Assembly (NCBI GenBank): GCA_028289645.1
Contig: JANQOK010000020.1
Location: 42,562 to 106,561 of the forward strand
Length of the DNA stretch: 64,000 nt
Direction: 5' to 3'
From: Anderseniella sp.
GTDB taxonomy: Bacteria; Pseudomonadota; Alphaproteobacteria; Rhizobiales; Aestuariivirgaceae
The notes under the pieces were generated by a model. The model was not told the DNA's origin. It did not search any database and saw only the letters and a program-made list of their open reading frames with translations. Of this stretch, positions 1-11,479 are shown one piece after another. The first letter of the stretch is position 1; each line of letters begins with the position of its first letter. Both the position numbers and the translations under genes were made by a program.

Positions 1-1
1 G

Positions 2-442
2 ATCAGCTATCCGCAAGGGGCCAAGTACAAGACGGGCACGATCATTGTCGATACGTCCGAACGCAACCTTTACTTCATTCAACCAGGCGGCAAGGCCTAC
101 AGATACCGGGTTGGCGTGGGCCGCCAGGGCTTCCAGTGGTCCGGAAGCTCCAGAATTTCCCGCAAGGCCGAGTGGCCAAGCTGGACTCCACCTAAGTCTA
201 TGATCGCGCGCGAGAAGAAAAAGGGCATTATTCTGCCGGCGCGCATGGAAGGCGGACCCAACAACCCGCTCGGTGCCCGCTCACTTTATATCGGCAGCTC
301 GCTGTATCGCATCCACGGCACAAACAACCCATCTTCGATCGGCGGCGCAGTGTCATCTGGCTGCATTCGTCTGACAAATACAGACATCATTGACCTCCAC
401 AAGCGCGCCCGCGTCGGTGCCAGGGTCATCGTGCGCCGCTAG
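2..442 (+). CDS. L,D-transpeptidase (YkuD/ErfK family), 5' truncated by window edge
   Basis: Frame open from base 2 (ISYPQGAKYKTGTIIVDT...); YRIHGTN...SSGCIRL catalytic His/Cys motif; NPLGAR motif. Confidence 0.93.
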   Translation: MSYPQGAKYKTGTIIVDTSERNLYFIQPGGKAYRYRVGVGRQGFQWSGSSRISRKAEWPSWTPPKSMIAREKKKGIILPARMEGGPNNPLGARSLYIGSSLYRIHGTNNPSSIGGAVSSGCIRLTNTDIIDLHKRARVGARVIVRR

Positions 443-495
443 CAGGCAGCGCCACATATCACCAGTTTTGCAGGGGAGCCTTGGGGGGTTACCCT

Positions 496-535
496 GACCC
501 CGGAACGCACGAGGGGGCTCAAGCGTTCCGGGGTC
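496..535 (+). terminator. Strong hairpin, probable intrinsic terminator of the L,D-transpeptidase gene
   Basis: 13-bp perfect stem gaccccggaacgc/gcgttccggggtc with 14-nt loop, followed by pyrimidine-rich tctcgtttct. Confidence 0.6.
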
Positions 536-630
536 TCTCGTTTCTGGGGCCGGTATCTGTTAGCTCCCATGTCCGAACCAGTTTGCGGAAACTTGTTTGC
601 CAGGGCTGGACAGCCAACAGCGCGCTGAGC

Positions 631-647
631 ATATTGCAGTGCAATAT
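631..647. promoter_or_regulatory. Perfect palindrome ATATTGCA-G-TGCAATAT, candidate PhaR-type operator
   Basis: 8-1-8 inverted repeat 38 bp upstream of the MaoC/PhaJ-like ATG; core TGCAGTGCA fits the TGC-R-N-Y-GCA PhaR-type motif. Confidence 0.5.
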
Positions 648-684
648 AGTTCATCTGACGCCAAGCTCCAATGAGGCTCCAGCC

Positions 685-1122
685 ATGCTGCCTGCAACGC
701 AAACCCTGTATTTCGAAGACCTGTCGGTCGGCATGGCGGAGACCTACGCCAAGGAAGTCAAATCGTCTGACGTGATCGGCTTTGCTGAGATTTCAGGTGA
801 CCGCAACCCGATCCACCTGTCGGAGCACTTTGCCGCCCAGACCCCGTTCAAGGGTCGAATCGCCCACGGCCTGTACACGGCCAGCCTGATATCTGCGGTG
901 ATCGGCACAAGGTTGCCCGGACCCGGCGCCATCTACATGAAACAGACCTTGAACTTCCGGGCGCCGGTGCGCATTGGAGACATTGTCACCGCCCGTGTCG
1001 AGGTGCTCGAATTGAGCGATAAGGGCAACCGGGTCAGACTGGCGTGCAGTTGCTCGGTGGAAGACCTGCTGGTGCTGGAAGGCGAGGCTCTGGTCAAGGT
1101 CCCCAGCTCGGACGACGACTGA
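685..1122 (+). CDS. MaoC family dehydratase, (R)-specific enoyl-CoA hydratase (PhaJ-like)
   Basis: FAEISGDRNPIHL and RIAHGLYTASLIS hydratase-2 motifs; ATG at 685 preferred over the ORF-track start. Confidence 0.9.
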   Translation: MLPATQTLYFEDLSVGMAETYAKEVKSSDVIGFAEISGDRNPIHLSEHFAAQTPFKGRIAHGLYTASLISAVIGTRLPGPGAIYMKQTLNFRAPVRIGDIVTARVEVLELSDKGNRVRLACSCSVEDLLVLEGEALVKVPSSDDD

Positions 1123-1308
1123 ACCCTGCCGTTAAAGCTGCACCAACTCAATTTCATCACATCCACAGGATATTCTTTGTGCAGAACACCGCATGAGGTT
1201 TCGCGAATCTGCGGACAGTTGTGTACAAATAGAGCTGACCGAACGTCAATCATACGCCCCGGGGGAAGGTAAAGCTGGCGGACCAACCTTGAAAGAGGAT
1301 CCGTGAAC

Positions 1309-1587
1309 ATGACCCGCTCAGGTGATTTTTCCGATGAAGCCCTCGCTGTAGACGCTGTGGCGGCCGATATCGAACTGCTGGAGAAACTGGCGGCACGTGG
1401 TGGCTCGCTGAGCGAATACGATCTGGGGCTGCTGGCACGCTGCCAAGCACGCCTGTCACGCCTGCTGCCAATGCTGGCTGCCAACGGCCGCAATCTCGAT
1501 CTGCGCTCATCGCCCGTCACAACACGGCCCGTCAAACTGAAGAAAGGCCGGCGTTCATTGACGAAGCATCATATTAGCTCCGCGTGA
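1309..1587 (+). CDS. Hypothetical protein (92 aa)
   Basis: Purine-rich RBS (gaaagagga) before GTG/ATG; fills the gap between genes; no recognisable motif. Confidence 0.5.
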   Translation: MTRSGDFSDEALAVDAVAADIELLEKLAARGGSLSEYDLGLLARCQARLSRLLPMLAANGRNLDLRSSPVTTRPVKLKKGRRSLTKHHISSA

Positions 1588-1621
1588 AAGACGAGGTGTC
1601 CTGATCATCACAGGGTGCACT

Positions 1622-2005
1622 TTACAGGACAGAGGCTGCCAGCAGCACGCCGCCAAGCACGATGATGCCCAGCGCCAGGACCGTGCCAAAGCGGTTGTCC
1701 AGGTTCAATTTCGACACAATGCCTAAAAACCGCTCGCGTGCCGCGATCAGCAGGACGCCCTCCACCAGCGCAATCCATCCCACAACCGTCACGAAGCCGG
1801 CCAGCCATCCCGTCCACAGCGAGTGCACGGCCAGTATTGTGCCGCCGATGGCAAATGCCATGACACCGCCGAGATAGCCCAGCACCGGCTGATCGGCGAG
1901 TGACTGCATCATGCCGGCCATGACCTTGCGGTCATTCAGGATGGCGAGGCCGCCGCAGATGAAGTAGAGCCCGATTAGGGCGGCAAGAATGTTGGTGACT
2001 GCCAT
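1622..2005 (-). CDS. Small integral membrane protein (about 4 TM)
   Basis: GGAGG RBS upstream of ATG 2005; four hydrophobic segments; HSLWTGW...GW pattern. Confidence 0.75.
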   Translation of the reverse strand: MAVTNILAALIGLYFICGGLAILNDRKVMAGMMQSLADQPVLGYLGGVMAFAIGGTILAVHSLWTGWLAGFVTVVGWIALVEGVLLIAARERFLGIVSKLNLDNRFGTVLALGIIVLGGVLLAASVL

Positions 2006-2200
2006 CTGGGTATCCTCCGCGCTCGGGTTGGTTGCCTGACTGATATGGGAAGAAACCGCCCTTGTTGCCAGTCTGTTCGGTCCTGGCTGGCGATCGTGAT
2101 CACCGAAATCACCGAAGGTCCATAGGAATGTCACATTAAATGCCGTACACTGCGTGCAGACGGCCTTGATGCGGACCATATCGATTTATCGGAGGTTACC

Positions 2201-2458
2201 ATGAAAACAATGCTTGTCCCTGCGTTCATCGCCCTGTTGGCCGTGCCCGCTATTGCCGGCGAAATGCCGGAAGTGACACCGGCCCCGGCAGCCAGCGCAA
2301 ACACTTCAACGACCACGACTTCGGCTGCTGAAGCAGCCGCCACGGTGGCCACCGGCGAAGTGGGAACGACCGGCGAAAAGATGCAGTCCAAACCGTCCTA
2401 TTCCGGCTACGGCTGCGACCGCGGTCATTCGTCGACGGAAGCAATGCTGATCAACTGA
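2201..2458 (+). CDS. Small secreted low-complexity protein (85 aa)
   Basis: GGAGG RBS; signal-peptide-like MKTMLVPAFIALLAVPAIA; Ala/Thr-rich linker; C-terminal YSGYGCDRGH. Confidence 0.75.
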   Translation: MKTMLVPAFIALLAVPAIAGEMPEVTPAPAASANTSTTTTSAAEAAATVATGEVGTTGEKMQSKPSYSGYGCDRGHSSTEAMLIN

Positions 2459-2546
2459 TCCAGCGTTTGCTGTAACCACACGCCGGCATGTGCGGGCAAA
2501 TTTGTTGTGTCTGCGTGCCAGTGACGCCCAAAGTCTGCCCAGATAC

Positions 2547-2583
2547 AAAAACGGAGCCCCTGGCTGGGACTCCGTCTTTTTTT
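2547..2583. terminator. Bidirectional intrinsic terminator between the small secreted protein gene and nrdJ
   Basis: aaaa-acggagccc...gggactccgt-cttttttt: GC stem with an A-tract on one side and a T-tract on the other, between convergent genes. Confidence 0.75.
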
Positions 2584-2603
2584 GTTCAGGTGGCGGTCGG
2601 GCG

Positions 2604-6353
<3,750 letters not shown>

Positions 6354-6651
6354 TGTATTCCCCTATTCAAAAGCAGCCTATCTGCTTCAATCTGTTCAAG
6401 TTGTTGTTTTCAAGCGATTTACTGCGCTCGAAGCATTGTCACGCGACCCTACAGACACGACTTCACAGCAAAGTCCCACCTTCACGCGCACCGGGTTTCC
6501 CAGCCAGTACGCACAAGACACAACTTCCCCGTTTGGATAGTGCGATATTGCTCCGCTTTATCCATCGTTTGACGTTTGGAGTTCGGTAATTCAATTACCT
6601 TGGGGAAGGCCCTAACTCCGAGCCGCCCCTAGCCCCGGTCCCATGCACATG

Positions 6652-6681
6652 AATGTAGTGCTGATTACGGGGTCTCGTCAA
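6652..6681 (-). promoter_or_regulatory. Putative sigma70 promoter of nrdJ (TTGACG-N18-TACATT on the minus strand)
   Basis: -35 at 6676-6681 and -10 at 6652-6657; overlaps the first NrdR box. Confidence 0.55.
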
Positions 6682-6722
6682 TACCTAGTGTGTTAACAAA
6701 ATCCTAACACAACATATAGTGT
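6676..6722. promoter_or_regulatory. Tandem NrdR boxes
   Basis: cgtCAAtAccTAGtgt (6676-6691) and acaCAAcATaTAGtgt (6707-6722), 31 bp apart, matching acaCwAtATaTwGtgt; a third weaker box ccaCCAgATaTGGtgt at 6867-6882. Confidence 0.8.
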
Positions 6723-6741
6723 CCACAGCCTTGACAGGTTC

Positions 6742-6750
6742 TGTGGATAA
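6742..6750 (-). promoter_or_regulatory. Perfect DnaA box (TTATCCACA on the minus strand)
   Basis: tgtggataa at 6742-6750; an inverted degenerate partner gtgtccaca at 6719-6727. Confidence 0.65.
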
Positions 6751-6913
6751 CCGGAGATAGCCACGATTCGCACCTGAACCTCAACGATTCCGGGGTATTG
6801 CCGCGGATGATATCCATAGGAAATTGCTGTCACGCAACTGTCACGGTCGTGAACAGGGCCTTAAGGCCACCAGATATGGTGTCGTTCACAAAACAAACCG
6901 CAGATTTTTTTGG

Positions 6914-6929
6914 TTAATGAGAGGTTAAC
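6914..6929. promoter_or_regulatory. CtrA-binding site consensus TTAA-N7-TTAAC
   Basis: ttaa-tgagagg-ttaac is a perfect match; a one-mismatch site ttaa-caaaatc-ctaac lies at 6693-6708. Confidence 0.65.
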
Positions 6930-7049
6930 GGCGGAGCACCTTGGATTGTCGCTGCTCTCTGCAACTCAACCATAAGTTGCACATAGAGCTTCCATCGAGA
7001 GAATCAGGCGAGTGGTCGGGAATCACGGAGCGCGACCAGTGCCGCCGGA

Positions 7050-7063
7050 TTGACCTGGATCAA
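7050..7063. promoter_or_regulatory. FNR/FixK-type box
   Basis: TTGAC-ctgg-ATCAA versus consensus TTGAT-N4-ATCAA, centred about 75 bp upstream of ATG 7131. Confidence 0.7.
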
Positions 7064-7130
7064 CCCGCAACGTCACTGCCTGAGACACACTCTCCAGCAT
7101 ATCAGATGCCCGAATACCGGAGGTGAAGCC

Positions 7131-7232
7131 ATGACAACCTATGAGCAGATGTATCTGGCGATGGTCATTATCGCTTTTGTAGCGTTTGGGATCGTGCTGG
7201 CCACCATGTCCTATCGCCAGGGCACAAAATAG
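7131..7232 (+). CDS. 33-aa single-pass small membrane protein
   Basis: GGAGG RBS at correct spacing; MTTYEQMYLAMVIIAFVAFGIVLATMSYRQGTK has one TM helix and a basic tail. Confidence 0.7.
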   Translation: MTTYEQMYLAMVIIAFVAFGIVLATMSYRQGTK

Positions 7233-7299
7233 CTGGCTGGAACGCCGCGCCAGCACACTGCTTCGGTCGCAGGACGCCGCAGGACAGAGTCCGAACCGG

Positions 7300-7758
7300 C
7301 TAGTCGATCACTGGAAAGACACCGGTTTTCTTGACGGTTCCGTAGACGAAGCTGGTGTCGATTGACCCGATGCCGCCAACCGGGTGCAGTCGCTTGCGCA
7401 CGAACGTCTCGTAGTGGTCAAGATCGGCCACCACGACACGCAACAGGTAATCGGACAGTCCTGTCATCACATAGCATTCCAGTACCTCGTCGATGGCCCT
7501 GATGCGGTTTTCAAATTGCTGGACGGCGTCTTCGGTATGCCTTTCCAGGCTGACCCGCACGAACGCATTGACCGGCAGTCCGTAGGCTTTGCTGTCCACA
7601 TCCACGCTGTAACCGCGTATCGCGCCGGCGGCTTCAAGGTTCTTCAGCCGGCGCAGGCATGGCGACGGTGACAGGTTGACCTCCGCCGCAAGGTCCTGGT
7701 TGGTCATACGGCCGTTGCGTTGCAGCGTGCGGACGATTTGACGGTCTTTATCGTCCAT
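7300..7758 (-). CDS. Lrp/AsnC family regulator (MdeR-like), divergent from methionine gamma-lyase
   Basis: N-terminal DxxDRxIL..LQ.NGR HTH, LSPSPCLRR, C-terminal ECY.MTG..DYLLRV RAM domain. Confidence 0.93.
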   Translation of the reverse strand: MDDKDRQIVRTLQRNGRMTNQDLAAEVNLSPSPCLRRLKNLEAAGAIRGYSVDVDSKAYGLPVNAFVRVSLERHTEDAVQQFENRIRAIDEVLECYVMTGLSDYLLRVVVADLDHYETFVRKRLHPVGGIGSIDTSFVYGTVKKTGVFPVID

Positions 7759-7873
7759 TTCATGATCCTGATTAGCAATAAATTCTAATATTTAGTACTG
7801 TATTGGCATAAATAGCAATAATCAGCCGTGCAAACAGGCATATGCTGGATCCCACACATCACGGGAGATTGCC
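7759..7873. promoter_or_regulatory. AT-rich divergent promoter with repeated tagcaataa, likely Lrp-family binding region
   Basis: Markedly AT-rich versus flanks; tagcaataa occurs twice. Confidence 0.45.
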
Positions 7874-9079
7874 ATGAAACCATCATCAAAGAGCTTTGCC
7901 ACGCGCGCCATTCACCATGGCTATGAACCGGCCGACAACGAAGGCGCCCTGACCCCGCCACTGCACCTGACATCGACTTTCGCCTTCGAAAGCGCCGAAG
8001 CCGGCGGTGAAATGTTCAGTGGAGACAGGCCGGGCCACATCTATTCGCGCATCTCAAACCCGACCCTTGACCTGCTGGAGCGCCGCATTGCCGACCTTGA
8101 GGAGGCCGGGGCCGGCCTGGCGCTTGCCTCGGGCATGGGCGCTATCTCGGCCACCTTGTGGACCCTGGTCGCGCCCGGCGACGAGATCATTGTCGACAAG
8201 ACCCTCTATGGCTGCACGTTCTCCTATTTGCGCCACGGACTGGGCAAGTTCGGTGTTACCGTCACCCATGTGGATCTGACGGATTCTGATAACCTGGTTG
8301 AGGCCATCAGCGAGCACACCAGGGTGGTTTACTTTGAGACCCCGGCCAATCCCAACATGCGGCTGGTGGATATCGAACGTGTGGCAGAGATCGCACACTC
8401 AAAGGGCGCCGTCGTTGTTGTCGACAATACCTATGCCACGCCTTACCTGACCCGCCCGGTGACACTCGGCGCCGACCTAGTCGTCCACTCGGCCACCAAA
8501 TATCTCGGTGGCCATGGCGACGTGGTCGCCGGCCTCGTGGCGGGAAATGCCGACATGATTGCTGATATCCGCATGTACGGCATGAAGGACATGACCGGTG
8601 CCGTGATGGCGCCGTTCAATGCCATGCTGATCTTGCGCGGCATCAAGACCCTGGGGCTGCGCATGGACCGGCATAGCCAGAGCGCATTGACCGTTGCCCG
8701 CATGCTGGAGCAGCACCCCGCCGTCCGCAAGGTCTTCTATCCCGGTTTGCCCGTTTATGAGCAGCATGAACTGGCCTGCCGGCAGATGTCCCGGTTCGGC
8801 GGCATGATCGCGTTTGAACTGCACGGTGGCCTGGATGCCGGGCGGGCCCTGATGAACCGCCTGCAGATGATCATGCGCGCAGTGTCTCTGGGGGATGCGG
8901 AAACCCTGATCCAGCATCCCGCCAGCATGACGCATTCCACCTATACAGCGGAAGAGCGAATGGTGCATGGTATTAGCGATGGCCTCGTGCGCCTGTCGGT
9001 CGGGCTTGAGGATGTCGAGGATATCCTGGCAGATCTTGAACAGGCGCTGCCAACGCAACCCAAACTGAAAGCTGCATAG
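7874..9079 (+). CDS. megL: Methionine gamma-lyase
   Basis: YSRISNPT, LYGCT (the Cys is typical of MGL), SATKYLGGHGD PLP-lysine motif, RAVSLGDAETLIQHPASMTH. Confidence 0.92.
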   Translation: MKPSSKSFATRAIHHGYEPADNEGALTPPLHLTSTFAFESAEAGGEMFSGDRPGHIYSRISNPTLDLLERRIADLEEAGAGLALASGMGAISATLWTLVAPGDEIIVDKTLYGCTFSYLRHGLGKFGVTVTHVDLTDSDNLVEAISEHTRVVYFETPANPNMRLVDIERVAEIAHSKGAVVVVDNTYATPYLTRPVTLGADLVVHSATKYLGGHGDVVAGLVAGNADMIADIRMYGMKDMTGAVMAPFNAMLILRGIKTLGLRMDRHSQSALTVARMLEQHPAVRKVFYPGLPVYEQHELACRQMSRFGGMIAFELHGGLDAGRALMNRLQMIMRAVSLGDAETLIQHPASMTHSTYTAEERMVHGISDGLVRLSVGLEDVEDILADLEQALPTQPKLKAA

Positions 9080-9088
9080 ATCAGGTTC

Positions 9089-11479
9089 ATGACGCAAACA
9101 CAAACCCATCTGAAAACCATCGAGCAGCGGCTGCTGTGGCTGTCGCACTGGATGATCCACAACGCCAACCACATCCGGCCCAAGGCTGACGGCATCAAGG
9201 TCGGCGGCCACCAGGCATCGTCGGCTTCCATGGTGTCGATCATGACGGCGCTGTATTTCTCCGCGCTCAGGCCTGAAGACAGGGTGGCGGTCAAGCCGCA
9301 TGCGTCGCCGATCTTCCACGCCATCCAGTACCTGATGGGCAACCAGACCCGCGAGAAGATGGAGAACTTTCGCGGGCTCGGCGGCGTCCAGTCGTACCCA
9401 TCGCGCACCAAGGATATCGACGATGTCGACTTTTCGACCGGCTCGGTCGGCCTCGGCGTCGCGATAACCTCGTTCGCATCGCTGGTGCAGGACTACATTA
9501 CCGCCAAGCACTGGGGGCAGGGCGTGCCGCTGGGTAGAATGGTGGCGCTGGTCGGTGATGCCGAACTGGACGAGGGCAATATCTACGAGGCCCTGCAGGA
9601 AGGCTGGAAGAACGACCTGCGCAATACCTGGTGGGTTATCGACTATAACCGCCAGTCGCTGGACGGCGTGGTGCGCGAAGGCCTCTGGCAGCGGGTGGAA
9701 AAGATATTCGACGCCTTCGGCTGGGACGTGGTGCGCGTCAAGTACGGTCATCTGCAGCGCGCCGCCTTTGAGGAAAACGGCGGCGACAAGCTGCGTGCAT
9801 GGATCGATGCCTGTCCCAACCAGCTATATTCGGCGCTGACATTCATGGGCGGGTCCGTGTGGCGCCAGCGTCTGATGGACGATCTGGGCGATCAGGGTGA
9901 TGTGACCGCTCTGATTGATGCACGGTCCGACGACCAGCTGGCTGAGCTGATGGAAAACCTCGGCGGCAACTGCGTCGCGACGATGGCGGGAGCGTTTGCA
10001 TCCGTCGACCACGACCGGCCGGTGTGTTTTCTTGCCTACACGGTCAAGGGCTGGGGCACGCCCATTGCCGGCCACAAGGACAACCACGGCGGTCTGATGA
10101 ACAAGGCCCAGATGGCTGAATGGCAACAGCACATGGGCGTGGCCGAGGGTGAGGAATGGGATCGGTTTGCCACCGTCAGTGACCCCGATGCGCTACAGGC
10201 GTTTCTCGACCAGGCGGCCTTCTTTTCCAAGGGTGTGCGGCGGTTCACCGAACCGGCAATTAAGGTGCCGGCAATTGACCCCGCCGCGGACCGTGAAATC
10301 TCCACCCAGATGGGTTTCGGCAAGATCCTCGATGAGCTGTCGAAGGGTGACAGTGTGCTGGCTGAGCGCATCGTCACCACCTCGCCGGATGTCACCGGCA
10401 CCACCAACCTCGGCCCGTGGGTCAACCGGCGCAAGCTGTTCGCCCGTACCGAGCAGGCCGACACCTTCATCAACGAGAAGATTCCCTCCACCGCAAAATG
10501 GGAGTTCACGCCCGAAGGCCAGCACATCGAGCTTGGCATTGCGGAAATGAACCTGTTCCTGCTGCTCGGTGCCGCTGGACTGTCCCATTCCCTGTTCGGC
10601 AAGCGGCTGTTGCCGGTCGGCACCGTGTACGATCCGTTCGTGGCCCGCGGCCTCGATGCCCTGAACTATGCCTGCTACCAGGACGCCCGCTTCATGATCG
10701 TCGGCACGCCGTCCGGGGTCACGCTGGCGCCCGAAGGCGGCGCGCACCAGTCCGTCGGCTCGCCGCTGATCGGCATGAGCCAGGACGGATTGGCCGCGTT
10801 TGAGCCGGCCTTTGTCGACGAGCTGGCAGTGATCATGCGGTGGGCGTTTGAATACATGCAGAAGGACGGCGAGGGCGACCCGGATGAGCGCACCTGGCTG
10901 CGCGATGAAACCGGTGGCTCGGTCTATCTGCGTTTAAGCACCAACCCGATCGAACAGCCCGGCACCCGCATCAATGACGATTTCCGGCAGGGCACCATTG
11001 ACGGCGCCTACTGGCTGCGCGAGCCGGGCCCAAACTGCGAGGTGGTTATCGCCTACCAGGGCTGTGTGGCCCCGCAGGCCATCGCCGCCGCCGCCCGCAT
11101 TGCCGAGGTCCGGCGCGATGTCGGCGTGCTGGCTGTTACTTCCGCTGATCGTCTCAACGCCGGATGGACGGCAGCCCAGCGCGACCGCCGGCGCGGCAAT
11201 GCCCGTGCCCGCTCCCACATCGAGGCGCTGCTGTCGCCGCTGCCGGGCAACTGTTCCATTGTCACGGTAATCGACGGTCACCCGGCAACGCTCGCCTGGC
11301 TCGGCGGTGTCATCGGGCACCGGACCATCCCGCTGGGCGTGGAACACTTCGGCCAGACCGGTACCATTGCCGATCTCTACGATCATTTCGGCATCGATGC
11401 CAACGCCATTGTGCACGCGGCAACAGGTTTGACCGATGGCAGTTCCGAAATCCCTGCGCTGCTGTTCACCGGATCATGA
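9089..11479 (+). CDS. AceE-like thiamine-diphosphate 2-oxoacid dehydrogenase E1 (MdeB-like)
   Basis: GGHQASSAS, FSTGSVGLG, GDAELDEG TPP motif, GIAEMN, EGGAHQS; 10 bp downstream of megL. Confidence 0.85.
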   Translation: MTQTQTHLKTIEQRLLWLSHWMIHNANHIRPKADGIKVGGHQASSASMVSIMTALYFSALRPEDRVAVKPHASPIFHAIQYLMGNQTREKMENFRGLGGVQSYPSRTKDIDDVDFSTGSVGLGVAITSFASLVQDYITAKHWGQGVPLGRMVALVGDAELDEGNIYEALQEGWKNDLRNTWWVIDYNRQSLDGVVREGLWQRVEKIFDAFGWDVVRVKYGHLQRAAFEENGGDKLRAWIDACPNQLYSALTFMGGSVWRQRLMDDLGDQGDVTALIDARSDDQLAELMENLGGNCVATMAGAFASVDHDRPVCFLAYTVKGWGTPIAGHKDNHGGLMNKAQMAEWQQHMGVAEGEEWDRFATVSDPDALQAFLDQAAFFSKGVRRFTEPAIKVPAIDPAADREISTQMGFGKILDELSKGDSVLAERIVTTSPDVTGTTNLGPWVNRRKLFARTEQADTFINEKIPSTAKWEFTPEGQHIELGIAEMNLFLLLGAAGLSHSLFGKRLLPVGTVYDPFVARGLDALNYACYQDARFMIVGTPSGVTLAPEGGAHQSVGSPLIGMSQDGLAAFEPAFVDELAVIMRWAFEYMQKDGEGDPDERTWLRDETGGSVYLRLSTNPIEQPGTRINDDFRQGTIDGAYWLREPGPNCEVVIAYQGCVAPQAIAAAARIAEVRRDVGVLAVTSADRLNAGWTAAQRDRRRGNARARSHIEALLSPLPGNCSIVTVIDGHPATLAWLGGVIGHRTIPLGVEHFGQTGTIADLYDHFGIDANAIVHAATGLTDGSSEIPALLFTGS

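Noticed and set aside
6354-6930. Possible replication origin (DnaA, CtrA and GANTC sites) or cobalamin riboswitch
   Set aside because: Only one perfect DnaA box, no clear AT-rich unwinding element and no hemE/parAB/dnaA context; the NrdR boxes explain the region as the nrdJ promoter. No B12-box or cobalamin core was recognisable, and nrdJ is B12-dependent rather than B12-repressed.
7050-7232. 60-aa ORF starting at TTG 7050
   Set aside because: The TTG is part of the FNR box; the RBS supports ATG 7131.
8477-9751. 424-aa minus-strand ORF and similar long opposite-strand ORFs (24013-25074, 31088-32005, 54629-55906, 56597-57514)
   Set aside because: Antisense shadows of confidently identified genes.
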